Below are positions 1 through 9,612 of a DNA stretch of 64,000 bases, in pieces. The position numbers and the translations under genes were made by a program. Source of the DNA: a virus; IMG/VR virus record IMGVR_UViG_3300029203_000004; one strand, written 5' to 3'. How positions within the stretch are numbered: position 1 is the stretch's first letter; each line of letters opens with the position of its first letter. The notes under the pieces were generated by a model. It saw only the letters and a program-made list of their open reading frames with translations. It made no database searches and was not told where the DNA came from.

Positions 1-20
1 TTCGATTCTGTCACGCCCCT
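1..20 (+). tRNA. Possible 3' end of a tRNA gene truncated by the window edge
   Basis: Window opens with TTCGATT (T-loop consensus), then CTGTC, ACGCCCC and T. That spacing fits T-loop, T-stem 3' half, 7-nt acceptor 3' half and discriminator. The 5' part lies outside the window, so no fold can be verified. Confidence 0.3.
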
Positions 21-60
21 CATAAGTGGCACAAATTACATAACAGCATGTATTATAATC

Positions 61-339
61 ATGAAAAAAGAAGCATACATAAATGAAAACACTCCCGAAC
101 TAAGGGATTGGCTAAAAGGACAAGGACTTATACCTGAAACATATCCTGATTGTTGTGATTACAATGGTCTGACTGCACCATATCCAAATTCATTTGGAGA
201 AATGACAATGTATAAAGATGGTGTTAGGTATGAAGAGGATGATGATTTTGAGGAATTTATCATTTGTGAAAACGAAGAAATGTTTAAGGAAACCGTAATA
301 GAACTATTAAATAACAATAAATATGAAAACATTTTTTGA
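61..339 (+). CDS. Hypothetical small early protein
   Basis: ATG ORF of 92 aa, first of a tightly packed same-strand gene train; acidic C-terminal half; no recognisable motif. Confidence 0.55.
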   Translation: MKKEAYINENTPELRDWLKGQGLIPETYPDCCDYNGLTAPYPNSFGEMTMYKDGVRYEEDDDFEEFIICENEEMFKETVIELLNNNKYENIF

Positions 340-871
340 GTGTAAAATTCGCTACGAAAAAGTAGCAGAAAATGGGATGAATAAGAAAGTAAGTGAGCAA
401 TACCTAGTTGATGCGCTTAGCTTCACTGAGGCGGAAGCACGTATTATATCTGAAATGACACCGTTTATCAGTGGCGAGTTCACTGTTTCGGACATTAAAC
501 GCTCCAATTACAGCGAACTGTTCCCCTCTGAGGAAGATGCAGCCGATCGCTGGTTTAAGTGTAAGCTGTATTACATCACTCTGGACGAAAAAAGCGGAGC
601 GGAGAAAAAGACATCATGCTATATGCTTGTTCAGGCATCAGATTTGAGAGATGCTGTAAAGAAACTTGACGAAGGAATGAAAGGCACAATGGCAGACTAT
701 GTGATTTCATCCATAGCCGAAACTGCCATTATGGATGTATATCCGTATGAAGCGGAAAATGATTCTTGCTTATCGGAATACCCAAGTGGACACAAGACGG
801 AAGCTGTTATAGGCGGAAAGGGCGTCATTGTAGACAAAACGGGAAATTCAACTGTAGTTTTACCTATTTAA
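323..871 (+). CDS. Conserved phage protein, DUF4494-like
   Basis: 182-aa ORF. N-terminus FECKIRYEKVAENGMNKKVSEQYLVDALSFTEAEARIISEM...GEFTVSDIKRSNYSELF matches my recollection of the DUF4494 family. The family name is from memory, not a search. Confidence 0.55.
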   Translation: MKTFFECKIRYEKVAENGMNKKVSEQYLVDALSFTEAEARIISEMTPFISGEFTVSDIKRSNYSELFPSEEDAADRWFKCKLYYITLDEKSGAEKKTSCYMLVQASDLRDAVKKLDEGMKGTMADYVISSIAETAIMDVYPYEAENDSCLSEYPSGHKTEAVIGGKGVIVDKTGNSTVVLPI

Positions 872-883
872 ATTTAAGAAAGT

Positions 884-1411
884 ATGTCAAACGAACAACA
901 AAACCAGGTTTTCCATCATTGGAGAACTGGAAGTCAATCTGATTATGTGGGAGTAGAAATACTCCCTAACGGTCAGTCTATTATTGCTACAATATCCCAT
1001 ATCGTATGGGATGAGAATGCAAAGGTACAAGGTAGTAAGAAACCATCATGGATTGCTTACTTTAAAGAAACAAACCTTGTTCCTAAACCTATGCTGTTGA
1101 ACAGTACGAACCGTAAACGCCTTACCAAGCTGGCACAAACTGATTATCCTGAAACCATCCATGATTTCCGTGTAATATTATGCAAGGAACTGACACGTGA
1201 CCCAAGCGATGGAGGAAAGGTTTACGGATTGCGTATAGGGCGTGATGTTCCGCCACCACCACAGAAAGAGAAAATGACGGTGAACTCTGATAAGTTCAAG
1301 GCTGCATTGGAAGCATTGAAAAGTGGGAAATGCGACATTGGATACATCACGGCAAGCTATGATGTGGATGCGGAAGCTATGAAATTGTTTAACGAAGCGA
1401 CTAAGAAATGA
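884..1411 (+). CDS. Hypothetical protein upstream of the exonuclease (possible recombination partner, unproven)
   Basis: 175-aa ORF whose stop overlaps the start of the YqaJ-like exonuclease (ATGA overlap). The position resembles annealase-exonuclease pairs, but no motif was recognised. Confidence 0.55.
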   Translation: MSNEQQNQVFHHWRTGSQSDYVGVEILPNGQSIIATISHIVWDENAKVQGSKKPSWIAYFKETNLVPKPMLLNSTNRKRLTKLAQTDYPETIHDFRVILCKELTRDPSDGGKVYGLRIGRDVPPPPQKEKMTVNSDKFKAALEALKSGKCDIGYITASYDVDAEAMKLFNEATKK

Positions 1412-2214
1412 TGGAAGCGGAAGAAAAAGAAAAATTATGGCTTATGAAGAGGTGTGGTAAAATCACCTCTTCCGCCATTGGAAAACTTATGGTTTCCGGG
1501 AGAAGGGAAATGACATCTTCCGAACTAGAGATTGCAAAAAAACAGGGCGTAAAGAGAAAGACAGTTGACGTTCCTTTCGGAGATACAGCTATCTCTTATC
1601 TTTATCAGGTTGCAAGGGAGAGAAGGTTAAACAAACCATGCCGACATATATCCACTTCTGACATGGAGTGGGGAAAGGATCATGAAAAAGACGCTATAGA
1701 GTGTTTTAACCATAACACGTTCTCCAGACTAATGTCCTGTGCGGATGATTTTGACGAAATTGTTTTTGTCGATAATATCTATGATGGATATGGCGATTCT
1801 CCCGATGGATATGGATTTGATGTCAATGGTAAATTGTCTTATATAGCAGAAGTGAAATGCTTTACTTCTGAAAGTAAGATTGAATATTTGAGAGAAGCCA
1901 CAAAGGAACAGGCTATAGAGGAATACTATTGGCAGTTAATGTCGCATTTTCTTTCCCATCCCGATGTGGATAAAATGTATTATATCGTATATGACGGTAA
2001 ATCTGATGATGATCCATTTGATTTACGCCCGGTTAATGATCCGTCAAGGCTTTTGTATTGGGAACTTGACAGAAGCGATTATAAAGATGATATAGGCAGG
2101 ATGGAGGATAAGTTACAAATGGCTCTATCTTATCTTTCACTCAACGAACGTGATGCAAAAAAATACCCAATAAGCAAAGTAAATGACTACATTAATCAAG
2201 CACAACAAACCTAA
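1408..2214 (+). CDS. YqaJ-like PD-(D/E)XK recombination exonuclease
   Basis: GKITSSAIGKLM near the N-terminus, then GDSPDGYG ... YIAEVKCF, i.e. a PD...(D/E)xK nuclease signature spaced as in lambda-exo/YqaJ proteins. Confidence 0.7.
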   Translation: MMEAEEKEKLWLMKRCGKITSSAIGKLMVSGRREMTSSELEIAKKQGVKRKTVDVPFGDTAISYLYQVARERRLNKPCRHISTSDMEWGKDHEKDAIECFNHNTFSRLMSCADDFDEIVFVDNIYDGYGDSPDGYGFDVNGKLSYIAEVKCFTSESKIEYLREATKEQAIEEYYWQLMSHFLSHPDVDKMYYIVYDGKSDDDPFDLRPVNDPSRLLYWELDRSDYKDDIGRMEDKLQMALSYLSLNERDAKKYPISKVNDYINQAQQT

Positions 2215-2488
2215 TCGTGGGGATGAAATAATCATCCCCTATCTTGCCATAGAAAACAATATCAACTTTATCATGCTCAATGGGGGTGTAGGTGACGTTG
2301 AACTTATGGACGGAACGAAATGTAAGTCAACAAGCTGCACTCCTATCAAATTTGATGATGCAGGAGATGATATATATCGTATATATGGCATAGGAAAAGA
2401 AGCATGGAAAATGGCATGGCTGAAAAGAGTACATACCATGAGTGACGAAATTGTAAAACTAAAGTTAGATTTCAATGCCAGCAATTAG
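2183..2488 (+). CDS. Hypothetical protein
   Basis: 101-aa ATG ORF overlapping the 3' end of the previous gene in the same-strand train; no motif. Confidence 0.45.
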   Translation: MTTLIKHNKPNRGDEIIIPYLAIENNINFIMLNGGVGDVELMDGTKCKSTSCTPIKFDDAGDDIYRIYGIGKEAWKMAWLKRVHTMSDEIVKLKLDFNASN

Positions 2489-2858
2489 CGAATTATGGAT
2501 AGATTATCCAATATCTTACCGTGACGAAAAAGGAAGGTTCGTCAAAGGTCATAATTATGGATTTAAGAAAGGAAGGGAAGTGTCGGATGAGGAACGTGAA
2601 AAGAAAAGAGTTATTATGAATGAACTCATAAAGAAACGAAAGGAAAACGGTTCTTATCTCGGTCATAGAAACAACACAAGGGCTGTCATTGCGATAGAGG
2701 ATGGCACGAACAGATTCCTATGCTTTGAAGCCTGTTGTGACTGTGAGAGGAAATTAGGTATGCCACAACGCTCATGCAGTTCTTTCTGTAAGGGGAAAAA
2801 CGGGCATAGATGGAGGAACTTTAAATTGTTTTACGAAGATGAATACGGATTACGTTGA
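2475..2858 (+). CDS. NUMOD-type DNA-binding protein lacking a nuclease domain (homing-endonuclease remnant?)
   Basis: GRFVKGHNYGFKKGREVSDEEREKK resembles NUMOD3. AVIAIEDGTNRFLCFEACCDCERKLGMPQRSCSSFCKGK resembles the NUMOD1/IENR helix-turn-helix of GIY-YIG/HNH endonucleases. No HNH or GIY-YIG motif is present. Confidence 0.4.
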   Translation: MPAISELWIDYPISYRDEKGRFVKGHNYGFKKGREVSDEEREKKRVIMNELIKKRKENGSYLGHRNNTRAVIAIEDGTNRFLCFEACCDCERKLGMPQRSCSSFCKGKNGHRWRNFKLFYEDEYGLR

Positions 2859-3189
2859 CGAATTTGAAAACTACGACAGGAAGTTAATCAAACTAAATAG
2901 TGACACTGCCATTTTGCTGCATATATTCAAGAAAAAACCAAACCACCACTTCGAGGATTGGATGGTTCTTCAAGACAATGAGGAATACTTCAAAAAGGAA
3001 TGTGTTCCTGATTATGAAGATTCCGCCAGGCAGTTTGTCAAGCAGTTTGAAGGAGAAGAGTGCATGGCTTTTGTGATTGCATTGAAAAACGAACTTGAAA
3101 GAATGATACAAGAAGATGAGTACAAACGAAATCAGGCTAAGGGATTACCAGGAGGTGGGGATAACCCGTCTGAGAAATGCCCTGACTAA
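2839..3189 (+). CDS. Hypothetical protein
   Basis: 116-aa ORF in the gene train; its 3' end overlaps the helicase ORF start. Confidence 0.45.
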   Translation: MNTDYVDEFENYDRKLIKLNSDTAILLHIFKKKPNHHFEDWMVLQDNEEYFKKECVPDYEDSARQFVKQFEGEECMAFVIALKNELERMIQEDEYKRNQAKGLPGGGDNPSEKCPD

Positions 3190-4597
3190 TCATAAACACG
3201 TTATATTTTCAGCTTGTGTAAGTTACGGCAAAACGGTCATAATGAGTTTTATGGCTAAAGGTGCTGTCGAAAAGGGGAATAAGGTGCTTATCGTATCCCA
3301 CAGATCTGAACTTATGACACAGACAGGGGGAACGTTGGAAAGAGTTGGCATACAGGCTGAATACATCTCCCCTAAGCACAGGAACATACCTAAAGGTCTA
3401 GTAGTGTCCGCAATGGCTCAAACTCTCCGTAGAAGGCTAGAAAAGCCCGAATGGGTTGAATGGGTTAAGAGTGTATCTCTCTGCCTAATAGACGAAGGAC
3501 ACACCTCTGATGCGGACTTTCTCTTTGAATCTGGTTTGCTTGATGACAAGTATGTAGTAGGTCTTACAGGAACCCCGATGAGAAGTGGAAACCAAAGGCA
3601 GCTTGGCATGAACTATGAAGAGATTGTAGAAACCGCTCAGATACAGGATATGATGGACCGGGGAAACATAACCAAGTTGAGGACGTTTACAGTTGATGCA
3701 CCCGACTTGTCTAAGGTTAATACCGACTATCGTACAGGTGACTTTGATAGCAGGCAGATGGGGGCAGTGTTCAACAAGTCTGTACAGTACAAGGGGGTGA
3801 TTGAAAACTATATGCGTATCTGTCCGATGAAAAAAGCAATCTGTTTTGATGCCACACAGGCAAATGCGATAAGGATGTGTGCTGAATTTAATGAAGCTGG
3901 CATTCCTGCAAAATTCCTCATATCAGGTATAGACAAGAACAAGCCGGATGAGTTGGAGTTATATGAAAAATACAAGCATCTTACAGGAAACAGGGAACAG
4001 CTTATCAAGGATTTCCATGACGATAAATTCACCGTTATATGCAACAGTGGCATATTGTCTACGGGATACGATGAAACAAGTATAGAGGTTTGTATATTGA
4101 ACCGTGCTACCCAATCCGTTCAGTTTTATATCCAGGCAACTGGCAGGGCTATCCGGCTTCACCCAAATAAGACAGAAGCATTTCTCCTTGACTTCGGTGG
4201 TAACATATCGCGGCTCGGCAAGTTTGAGAAAGAACGTCAATGGACTTTATGGCATAACAAGGGGAAATGTGAAGGGATACAAGGAGTGAAAGAGTGTAAA
4301 CAGTGTGGTAAATATATTGCCATAACCGCTTCGGAATGCCCTTTCTGCGGATATGTATATCCTACCGAAAAGGAAATAAGAATCGCGGAACTGCAAGAAC
4401 TGGTAGGAGATTTAAAGTTCGAGCAAATGACACCTACGCAATTTTTCCAGTATGCGGAACTTAAAGGATACAATACTTACTGGGCGATACGGCAGTTGTA
4501 TATCAGAAATACGGAATCTGATTTTCGTAAAGCCATGAAAGAATGCGGATATTCCAGCAAGTTTATATGGGGTTATATCCAAAGAAACAAAAAATAA
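3116..4597 (+). CDS. Superfamily-2 DEAD/DEAH-type helicase
   Basis: LRDYQ (Q-motif region), SACVSYGKTV (Walker A variant), LIDEGH (DExH box), GLTGTP (motif III), QATGRAIR (motif VI), plus a C-terminal CxxC...CxxC zinc ribbon. Confidence 0.85.
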   Translation: MSTNEIRLRDYQEVGITRLRNALTNHKHVIFSACVSYGKTVIMSFMAKGAVEKGNKVLIVSHRSELMTQTGGTLERVGIQAEYISPKHRNIPKGLVVSAMAQTLRRRLEKPEWVEWVKSVSLCLIDEGHTSDADFLFESGLLDDKYVVGLTGTPMRSGNQRQLGMNYEEIVETAQIQDMMDRGNITKLRTFTVDAPDLSKVNTDYRTGDFDSRQMGAVFNKSVQYKGVIENYMRICPMKKAICFDATQANAIRMCAEFNEAGIPAKFLISGIDKNKPDELELYEKYKHLTGNREQLIKDFHDDKFTVICNSGILSTGYDETSIEVCILNRATQSVQFYIQATGRAIRLHPNKTEAFLLDFGGNISRLGKFEKERQWTLWHNKGKCEGIQGVKECKQCGKYIAITASECPFCGYVYPTEKEIRIAELQELVGDLKFEQMTPTQFFQYAELKGYNTYWAIRQLYIRNTESDFRKAMKECGYSSKFIWGYIQRNKK

Positions 4598-4601
4598 CAT
4601 T

Positions 4602-5330
4602 ATGAAAAACAACATTAATCCTTGGGAAGTGTTTGATGAGATTGAATGTTCCCATAACCCGGAATATATTGTTTGCGTGTCACATCTTAGACATTACACG
4701 AATATTTTTGGCATAGACAAAAGGCTTATAGATTTTCTTGGAATGGAAAAGAATACAATCTTAGATATTGAAACATTTTGTTTTGGCGGAATGGACGTTT
4801 TCGGGATAAAAGAAAATTATGTTTCCGTAATAGAAGATTGTAAAAGACAAAGGGAAGCAAAGAAAGAAGCCTTGGAGAAAAACAGGAAATTGATATCCAT
4901 GCTAAAATTAAAACGTGAAAATATGTGCGGCATAGGTACAAGAAAGGTAAAATTAATGCTTAATAAAAAGATAAAACAAGGAGATTTTACGGCTAAAATT
5001 TACCGTGTTGCATTGGAGATACAAGATTACAACATAAAGGCTAAAGACGCTCCATTTCCCTACTCAGAAAAGATGTATGCAAAGAAAGAAGATTTGATTG
5101 ACAAACTTATCGAAATATATAACGAAAGTAAGTTATCTTTTGGGTGCTCGGAGGATAAGGGAAAAAGAGTTTCTTTTATTATGTATTTTGATCTTCCTTT
5201 AGGGAATCAAATCTCTTTTCACTCTACAGTAAAAAGGAATATTCCTGCATATGAAAAAGAGTGGGATGGATTGGTAAACAGTACATTGGACAAGTTAGAA
5301 AAAGAAATAAAACAATACTTAAACATTTAA
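4602..5330 (+). CDS. Hypothetical protein
   Basis: 242-aa ATG ORF starting 5 nt after the helicase stop; Lys/Glu-rich centre; no motif. Confidence 0.6.
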   Translation: MKNNINPWEVFDEIECSHNPEYIVCVSHLRHYTNIFGIDKRLIDFLGMEKNTILDIETFCFGGMDVFGIKENYVSVIEDCKRQREAKKEALEKNRKLISMLKLKRENMCGIGTRKVKLMLNKKIKQGDFTAKIYRVALEIQDYNIKAKDAPFPYSEKMYAKKEDLIDKLIEIYNESKLSFGCSEDKGKRVSFIMYFDLPLGNQISFHSTVKRNIPAYEKEWDGLVNSTLDKLEKEIKQYLNI

Positions 5331-5332
5331 TC

Positions 5333-6256
5333 ATGGGAAAAAATTTACTTAACAGCGATGGTAAAATTGCCTTGTTTCATGAAGCTATAAGGCTTGACTT
5401 TAATCTGCCCAAATATGCCGTTATAGAGCAGAAAGATCCTAATCCAAGTGTAATGTCTTACGATTTCCTAAAACAATACATGGAAAGCAATGACAAGGAA
5501 GGAGTGGCGGAATTTAATCTTACCGTTTCACCTACAATGCTTGATTCTGTAAAAACAAACCAGGAACACAAGCAAGTAAGAACCTCTCTTCTTGGCATAA
5601 ACCATAAGGAAAACTCATGGTTTAAAAAGATTAAGGATTATGTAGACGAATATAGAAGATCCAAGTTTGACGTAATACATTTCTTTTCTGAGGTGAAGAT
5701 ACAGACAGAGAACGAGATGAAGCAATACAGGGATAGAATAAAAGACTATATACTGATGCTAGGTTATGCTGAAAGATCCGGTCAACACGCCTTGAAAGAA
5801 AAACTGTTCCGAAACATGGTGATATGTAAATACGAAAGCATATTGTTCAGTAAAGGATTATACAAGGCTATATCAGAGGAAAATCTTATGAAGTTTGCAA
5901 AAGGATGTCCGAAAAATCTATGCCTTGATTACATATCTGACTATACAAGAATCATACCATTTGACATAATTAGGAAAAAGACGGACATAGACAAATATGA
6001 AATATTTGATAATTATGTCATTCTCCACTACGACTTTGATAACAACGGAACAGATTTACCGTCTGACAAGAAAAAAGAAGAGGTGGAAAAAAGAAAAGAC
6101 CCTATTCTGTTTGGTATTATTGCAGGAAGTAACAAACTATACTTCATAGGTGACTGGATTGACGAGTATTGCGATTTGCGGTTCGATGATGTGGTAAAAC
6201 AATGCACGGACGATTTCTTGTCAGAAAACATTTCTTTGGATGATCTTGCAAAATAG
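5333..6256 (+). CDS. Hypothetical protein
   Basis: In-frame ATG at 5333 (MGKNLLNSDG) lies 3 nt after the previous stop. I prefer it to the overlapping track start at 5261. Confidence 0.6.
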   Translation: MGKNLLNSDGKIALFHEAIRLDFNLPKYAVIEQKDPNPSVMSYDFLKQYMESNDKEGVAEFNLTVSPTMLDSVKTNQEHKQVRTSLLGINHKENSWFKKIKDYVDEYRRSKFDVIHFFSEVKIQTENEMKQYRDRIKDYILMLGYAERSGQHALKEKLFRNMVICKYESILFSKGLYKAISEENLMKFAKGCPKNLCLDYISDYTRIIPFDIIRKKTDIDKYEIFDNYVILHYDFDNNGTDLPSDKKKEEVEKRKDPILFGIIAGSNKLYFIGDWIDEYCDLRFDDVVKQCTDDFLSENISLDDLAK

Positions 6257-6449
6257 CAACACAAAGCCTTGCAGGAACGGAGAGTATTGCTGCTGTCGCT
6301 GCAAGCATAGATACACAGTTATTGTAGATGGTTTGTTTGTTGGATACGTATGTTATATTCCTTGGTTTGAAAAAAACGTTGCCATGAAGATAAGAAACAG
6401 CGGACATGATATGTGCGAAGGATTTGAGATGGTTGATAACAAACTTTAA
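6240..6449 (+). CDS. Small Cys-rich protein (tentative)
   Basis: 69-aa ORF overlapping the previous stop, with a CRNGEYCCCRCKH cluster. Only positional support. Confidence 0.3.
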   Translation: MILQNSNTKPCRNGEYCCCRCKHRYTVIVDGLFVGYVCYIPWFEKNVAMKIRNSGHDMCEGFEMVDNKL

Positions 6450-6482
6450 CCTTTTATTTTTCTCATATATCCCATTTCGTGA

Positions 6483-6490
6483 TACCTTTG
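6483..6490 (+). promoter_or_regulatory. Bacteroidota-type -7 promoter box (TAccTTTG)
   Basis: Exact TAnnTTTG match about 22 nt upstream of the ATG at 6512. Confidence 0.4.
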
Positions 6491-6511
6491 CCAAATACAA
6501 TTTTTTTTATT

Positions 6512-6985
6512 ATGGTTGAGGAAAAACGGTCTGCGGAAGAAAAGAAAATGCAGAAAGATATAGTAGTTAGTTATAGGAACGAGAAGGAAGGTAAAGGGTG
6601 CAGGGGATTGCTTGTAGCGTTCTTTTCCGAACTTCTCCATCCTGCTGTAAGTGGTAACAAGTCGGCTGAATTTCGTGCTCTAGGAGCAAAGAAAAGTATG
6701 CCGGACCTTGCTTATATACATGACGGTAAGATATATGGCATAGAACTTAAAATGCCTGACAGTAACCATGACCGTAATCATATAATAGAACAAGCTGATG
6801 TGATGGCTACATATTTCTTTAGAGGATATTTCGTATGGTCTAAGGAAATGTTGTGGAATATACTTGACGCTATCGAGCGTGGTCAGCCGGGGATGTCAAA
6901 TACACTACAGATAAAAGATTATTGTATGCGTAACAGCAGTACAAAAGTAAGTTTTGAAAAAATAATTAAAGAGCTGTTTCAATGA
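6512..6985 (+). CDS. VRR-NUC-like nuclease
   Basis: KKSMPDLAYIHDGKIYGIELKMP gives a PD...E.K signature typical of VRR-NUC/PD-(D/E)XK folds. Start moved to the ATG downstream of the promoter box. Confidence 0.5.
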   Translation: MVEEKRSAEEKKMQKDIVVSYRNEKEGKGCRGLLVAFFSELLHPAVSGNKSAEFRALGAKKSMPDLAYIHDGKIYGIELKMPDSNHDRNHIIEQADVMATYFFRGYFVWSKEMLWNILDAIERGQPGMSNTLQIKDYCMRNSSTKVSFEKIIKELFQ

Positions 6986-7296
6986 AAGTTATATATAACA
7001 AAATAATTCCATTCAAGGGGTACAAGTGTATAAATTTGTTTGGGGTTCTTTTCGTAAGAAAAGGATGTACGATGCGTGAAAGCGATTACAATCACGAAGC
7101 GATTCATACAAAACAAATGAAAGAGCTTTTGTATGTTCCGTTTTACATTTTGTATCTTTTGGAATGGCTGTACAGGCTTACACAAAAAGGTAATGCGTAT
7201 AGGAATATATCGTTTGAGAAGGAAGCCTATGATAACGAGAACGACATGGATTACCTTGATAAAAGAGAACATTTTTCTTGGATTGAATACATTTGA
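6982..7296 (+). CDS. Small HExxH-motif protein
   Basis: 104-aa ORF with HEAIH followed by a hydrophobic stretch (LLYVPFYILYLLEWLY). Confidence 0.5.
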   Translation: MKVIYNKIIPFKGYKCINLFGVLFVRKGCTMRESDYNHEAIHTKQMKELLYVPFYILYLLEWLYRLTQKGNAYRNISFEKEAYDNENDMDYLDKREHFSWIEYI

Positions 7297-7307
7297 ATTT
7301 TACATTT

Positions 7308-8471
7308 ATGAATAAGATAGTTTTTGATAGAAAAGTTTTATATTCAACGTTAAACTCAGCCAAAGCCTGCCTTTCCGATACAGGCTTGACGATACTTAAA
7401 TGTTTCCGTTTTAAATATGTAGCATCAGAAAATTCAATAGAGGTTACTTCATACAATAACCTTAATGAGATGCGTTTGATCATTCCAGTTGTTGATTCAG
7501 ACTGTAATGACGGACAGGAGTTTGCAGTAGACGGAATAAGACTTGTAAAGCTGCTCAAAACAGTAAAGGATTCCATTGTTACGGTAAAGATATATGATAA
7601 GGATATAATATTCTCTTACAATGGCAGTGAAGCGTCTTTCTTTGCGGAAGATGTAGAATCTTATCCTGATATTAAAATGGGTAAGCGTGGTACCGGGATA
7701 AGGGTCAACTTGAACAGGAATGATCTGTATAGAGCATTAAAAAGGAACATAGGATTTAATGATATCAGTGACGTTGTGACCAGCCTTAGTGGAGTGGGGA
7801 TAAATTTTATTTGTTCCAATAATTGCATTGATATATGTTCGTCCGATAAGATTGTATTTGTAAGAGATGTTATAGAATGTCAGCCGGATATATCCAAGGA
7901 CTTGTGCATAAATGTAATGCCTACTTCGGTAAAGGAAGCGTTATCTTTTCTTGAGATGTTGTCAGAAGAAAATGTAACTGTTTCTGTATCTGATGATGAA
8001 AGGGTGATGTCTATATATTATGGGGATTTCGGTTCTGTCTTTAATTGTACGCTGATGGAGGTTAAGTTTGTAAACTACACACCATTGGTAAACAATATAA
8101 AATCAAACTTTAATTACTTTATTAAAGCAAGAAATAGCGACTTGATAGATTCCCTTTCAAGAATAAAGGTAATGTCAGATGTGTATAACATATCACATTT
8201 TGTTTGCAGGGAGGGGGATAATAAAATGGATATAACATACACAAATGATGCAGGGTATAAAATATCGGAAAATGTCGGAATTGAAGGATATTGTCAAGGG
8301 CGTTTGGATTGCAATCTGAATATTGAAAAGATGATTAACGCATTGAAGGTGTTCCCTGGGGATTATGTTACATTGGCATATACCAATCCTGATAATAATG
8401 CTCCTATATGTATCATTAACGAAGAGGGAGATTATAAATTAATGGGCGTAGTAAACATTTTTAAGAGTTGA
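7308..8471 (+). CDS. dnaN: DNA polymerase III beta sliding-clamp-like protein
   Basis: About 387 aa. N-terminus MNKIVFDRKVLYSTLNSAKACLSD...ILKCFRFKYVASENSIEVTSYNNLNEMRLIIPV...GQEFAVDGIRLVKLLKTV...IFSYNGSEASFFAEDVESYPDI follows the DnaN domain-I pattern (ED..FP). Length fits a three-domain clamp. ATG at 7308 preferred over TTG at 7293. Confidence 0.65.
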   Translation: MNKIVFDRKVLYSTLNSAKACLSDTGLTILKCFRFKYVASENSIEVTSYNNLNEMRLIIPVVDSDCNDGQEFAVDGIRLVKLLKTVKDSIVTVKIYDKDIIFSYNGSEASFFAEDVESYPDIKMGKRGTGIRVNLNRNDLYRALKRNIGFNDISDVVTSLSGVGINFICSNNCIDICSSDKIVFVRDVIECQPDISKDLCINVMPTSVKEALSFLEMLSEENVTVSVSDDERVMSIYYGDFGSVFNCTLMEVKFVNYTPLVNNIKSNFNYFIKARNSDLIDSLSRIKVMSDVYNISHFVCREGDNKMDITYTNDAGYKISENVGIEGYCQGRLDCNLNIEKMINALKVFPGDYVTLAYTNPDNNAPICIINEEGDYKLMGVVNIFKS

Positions 8472-8507
8472 TAACTATCGTTTAACCTATCGAATATACC
8501 GTTTTAT

Positions 8508-8515
8508 TATTTTTG
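8508..8515 (+). promoter_or_regulatory. -7 promoter box (TAttTTTG) for the integrase
   Basis: Exact TAnnTTTG match 20 nt upstream of the ATG at 8535, in a 63-bp intergenic gap. Confidence 0.4.
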
Positions 8516-8534
8516 CAACAAAAATATATAACTT

Positions 8535-9608
8535 ATGGAAAACGAAGAAAGAACAATTCAGATTCTCGCTGAAACAATAGATAGGTTAAACAAGACTATA
8601 GAATCACAGAACAGTCTGATTGAGGATTTAAGAAACAGACTTGAAACAATTCAGAACGAATATAGCCCTTCAATTATGACTGTAGGCGTATTGATAGAAA
8701 AATTGAATAATACAAAGACAAGAAGCGGAAAGGTAAGATTTGAAGCATTATCAAAACATATAATGCCATATCTTACCAATCAGCTTTATGACGAGTATGA
8801 TTTTGATGATGCCATTCCTATGTTCAAGGAAGTCCCGTCCGTTGAAAAGCCTGTCAATCGTGACATGATAGATGATATGATCAATGTTATAAAATCAAAG
8901 AGAAAGATAAGCGAATCATCCCAAAAGGCATATCTTTTAATGCTTAAAAGAATATTGTCCGAATCAAAAGAGATGAGCAAATATATCAATGATTATATTA
9001 TCTCACTGAACGTAAAATCTCCTTCAAATATATCTCTTACGGATGAAGAAATAGAATTATTCTGGAATGTCGAGCCGTTTAACGTTACAGAAAAAATTGT
9101 AAAGAAATTGTTTCTGATTCAATGCTATACTGCCATGAGATATTCCGATATTTTCAGATTGAAAGATTCTATGATGGAGGGAAATGTTATTTCGTATATA
9201 TCAAAAAAGACAGGTAAGAACGTTGAGGTTCCTGTACCTTCCAAGATTATAGAAATGATAAAAGAGGTTAGATCGTTCGATAAATACAACATAGAATCTT
9301 CCTTAAAGACTACTATGAATGAAGTTCTACCAACTCTTGGATGTAGAGCAGGTATAAACAAGCAGGTATTTGTAAGACGGGCAAATGTACTCATGAAAGG
9401 CCCGAAGTACCAGTTCATCAAAACACATACAGGACGTAGAACAGCTATTACAAGATGGGCTAATATGGGAATACCAGAAGGAGAACTTAAATCTATGGCT
9501 GGTCATTCTGATATAAGAACCACGAACAGATATATTACTGCAAGCGTATCAAATAAAACTAAAAATATTTTAACGGATGGAAATTTTGGAGAATGTGCTG
9601 TCAATTGA
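8535..9608 (+). CDS. int: Tyrosine recombinase / phage integrase
   Basis: Catalytic pattern AMRYSD (Arg I), HTGRRT (His-x-x-Arg), GHSD (His), TTNRYI (Tyr nucleophile), in the canonical order and spacing. Confidence 0.85.
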   Translation: MENEERTIQILAETIDRLNKTIESQNSLIEDLRNRLETIQNEYSPSIMTVGVLIEKLNNTKTRSGKVRFEALSKHIMPYLTNQLYDEYDFDDAIPMFKEVPSVEKPVNRDMIDDMINVIKSKRKISESSQKAYLLMLKRILSESKEMSKYINDYIISLNVKSPSNISLTDEEIELFWNVEPFNVTEKIVKKLFLIQCYTAMRYSDIFRLKDSMMEGNVISYISKKTGKNVEVPVPSKIIEMIKEVRSFDKYNIESSLKTTMNEVLPTLGCRAGINKQVFVRRANVLMKGPKYQFIKTHTGRRTAITRWANMGIPEGELKSMAGHSDIRTTNRYITASVSNKTKNILTDGNFGECAVN

Positions 9609-9612
9609 AAAA

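Noticed and set aside
1-60. Window-start tRNA fragment as the prophage attachment site
   Set aside because: Only about 20 nt are visible. No duplicate of it occurs elsewhere in the window, and the integrase is 8.5 kb away. It could equally be a phage-encoded tRNA.
8126-8138. 13-nt exact match (AAGCAAGAAATAG) between the putative guide region after the orphan TnpB segment (61433-61445) and the clamp gene
   Set aside because: The match excludes the scaffold-proximal (seed) nucleotides. It is A-rich in an AT-rich genome, so chance is plausible. The 61-kb copy is constrained by being the terminator stem. No TAM could be evaluated.
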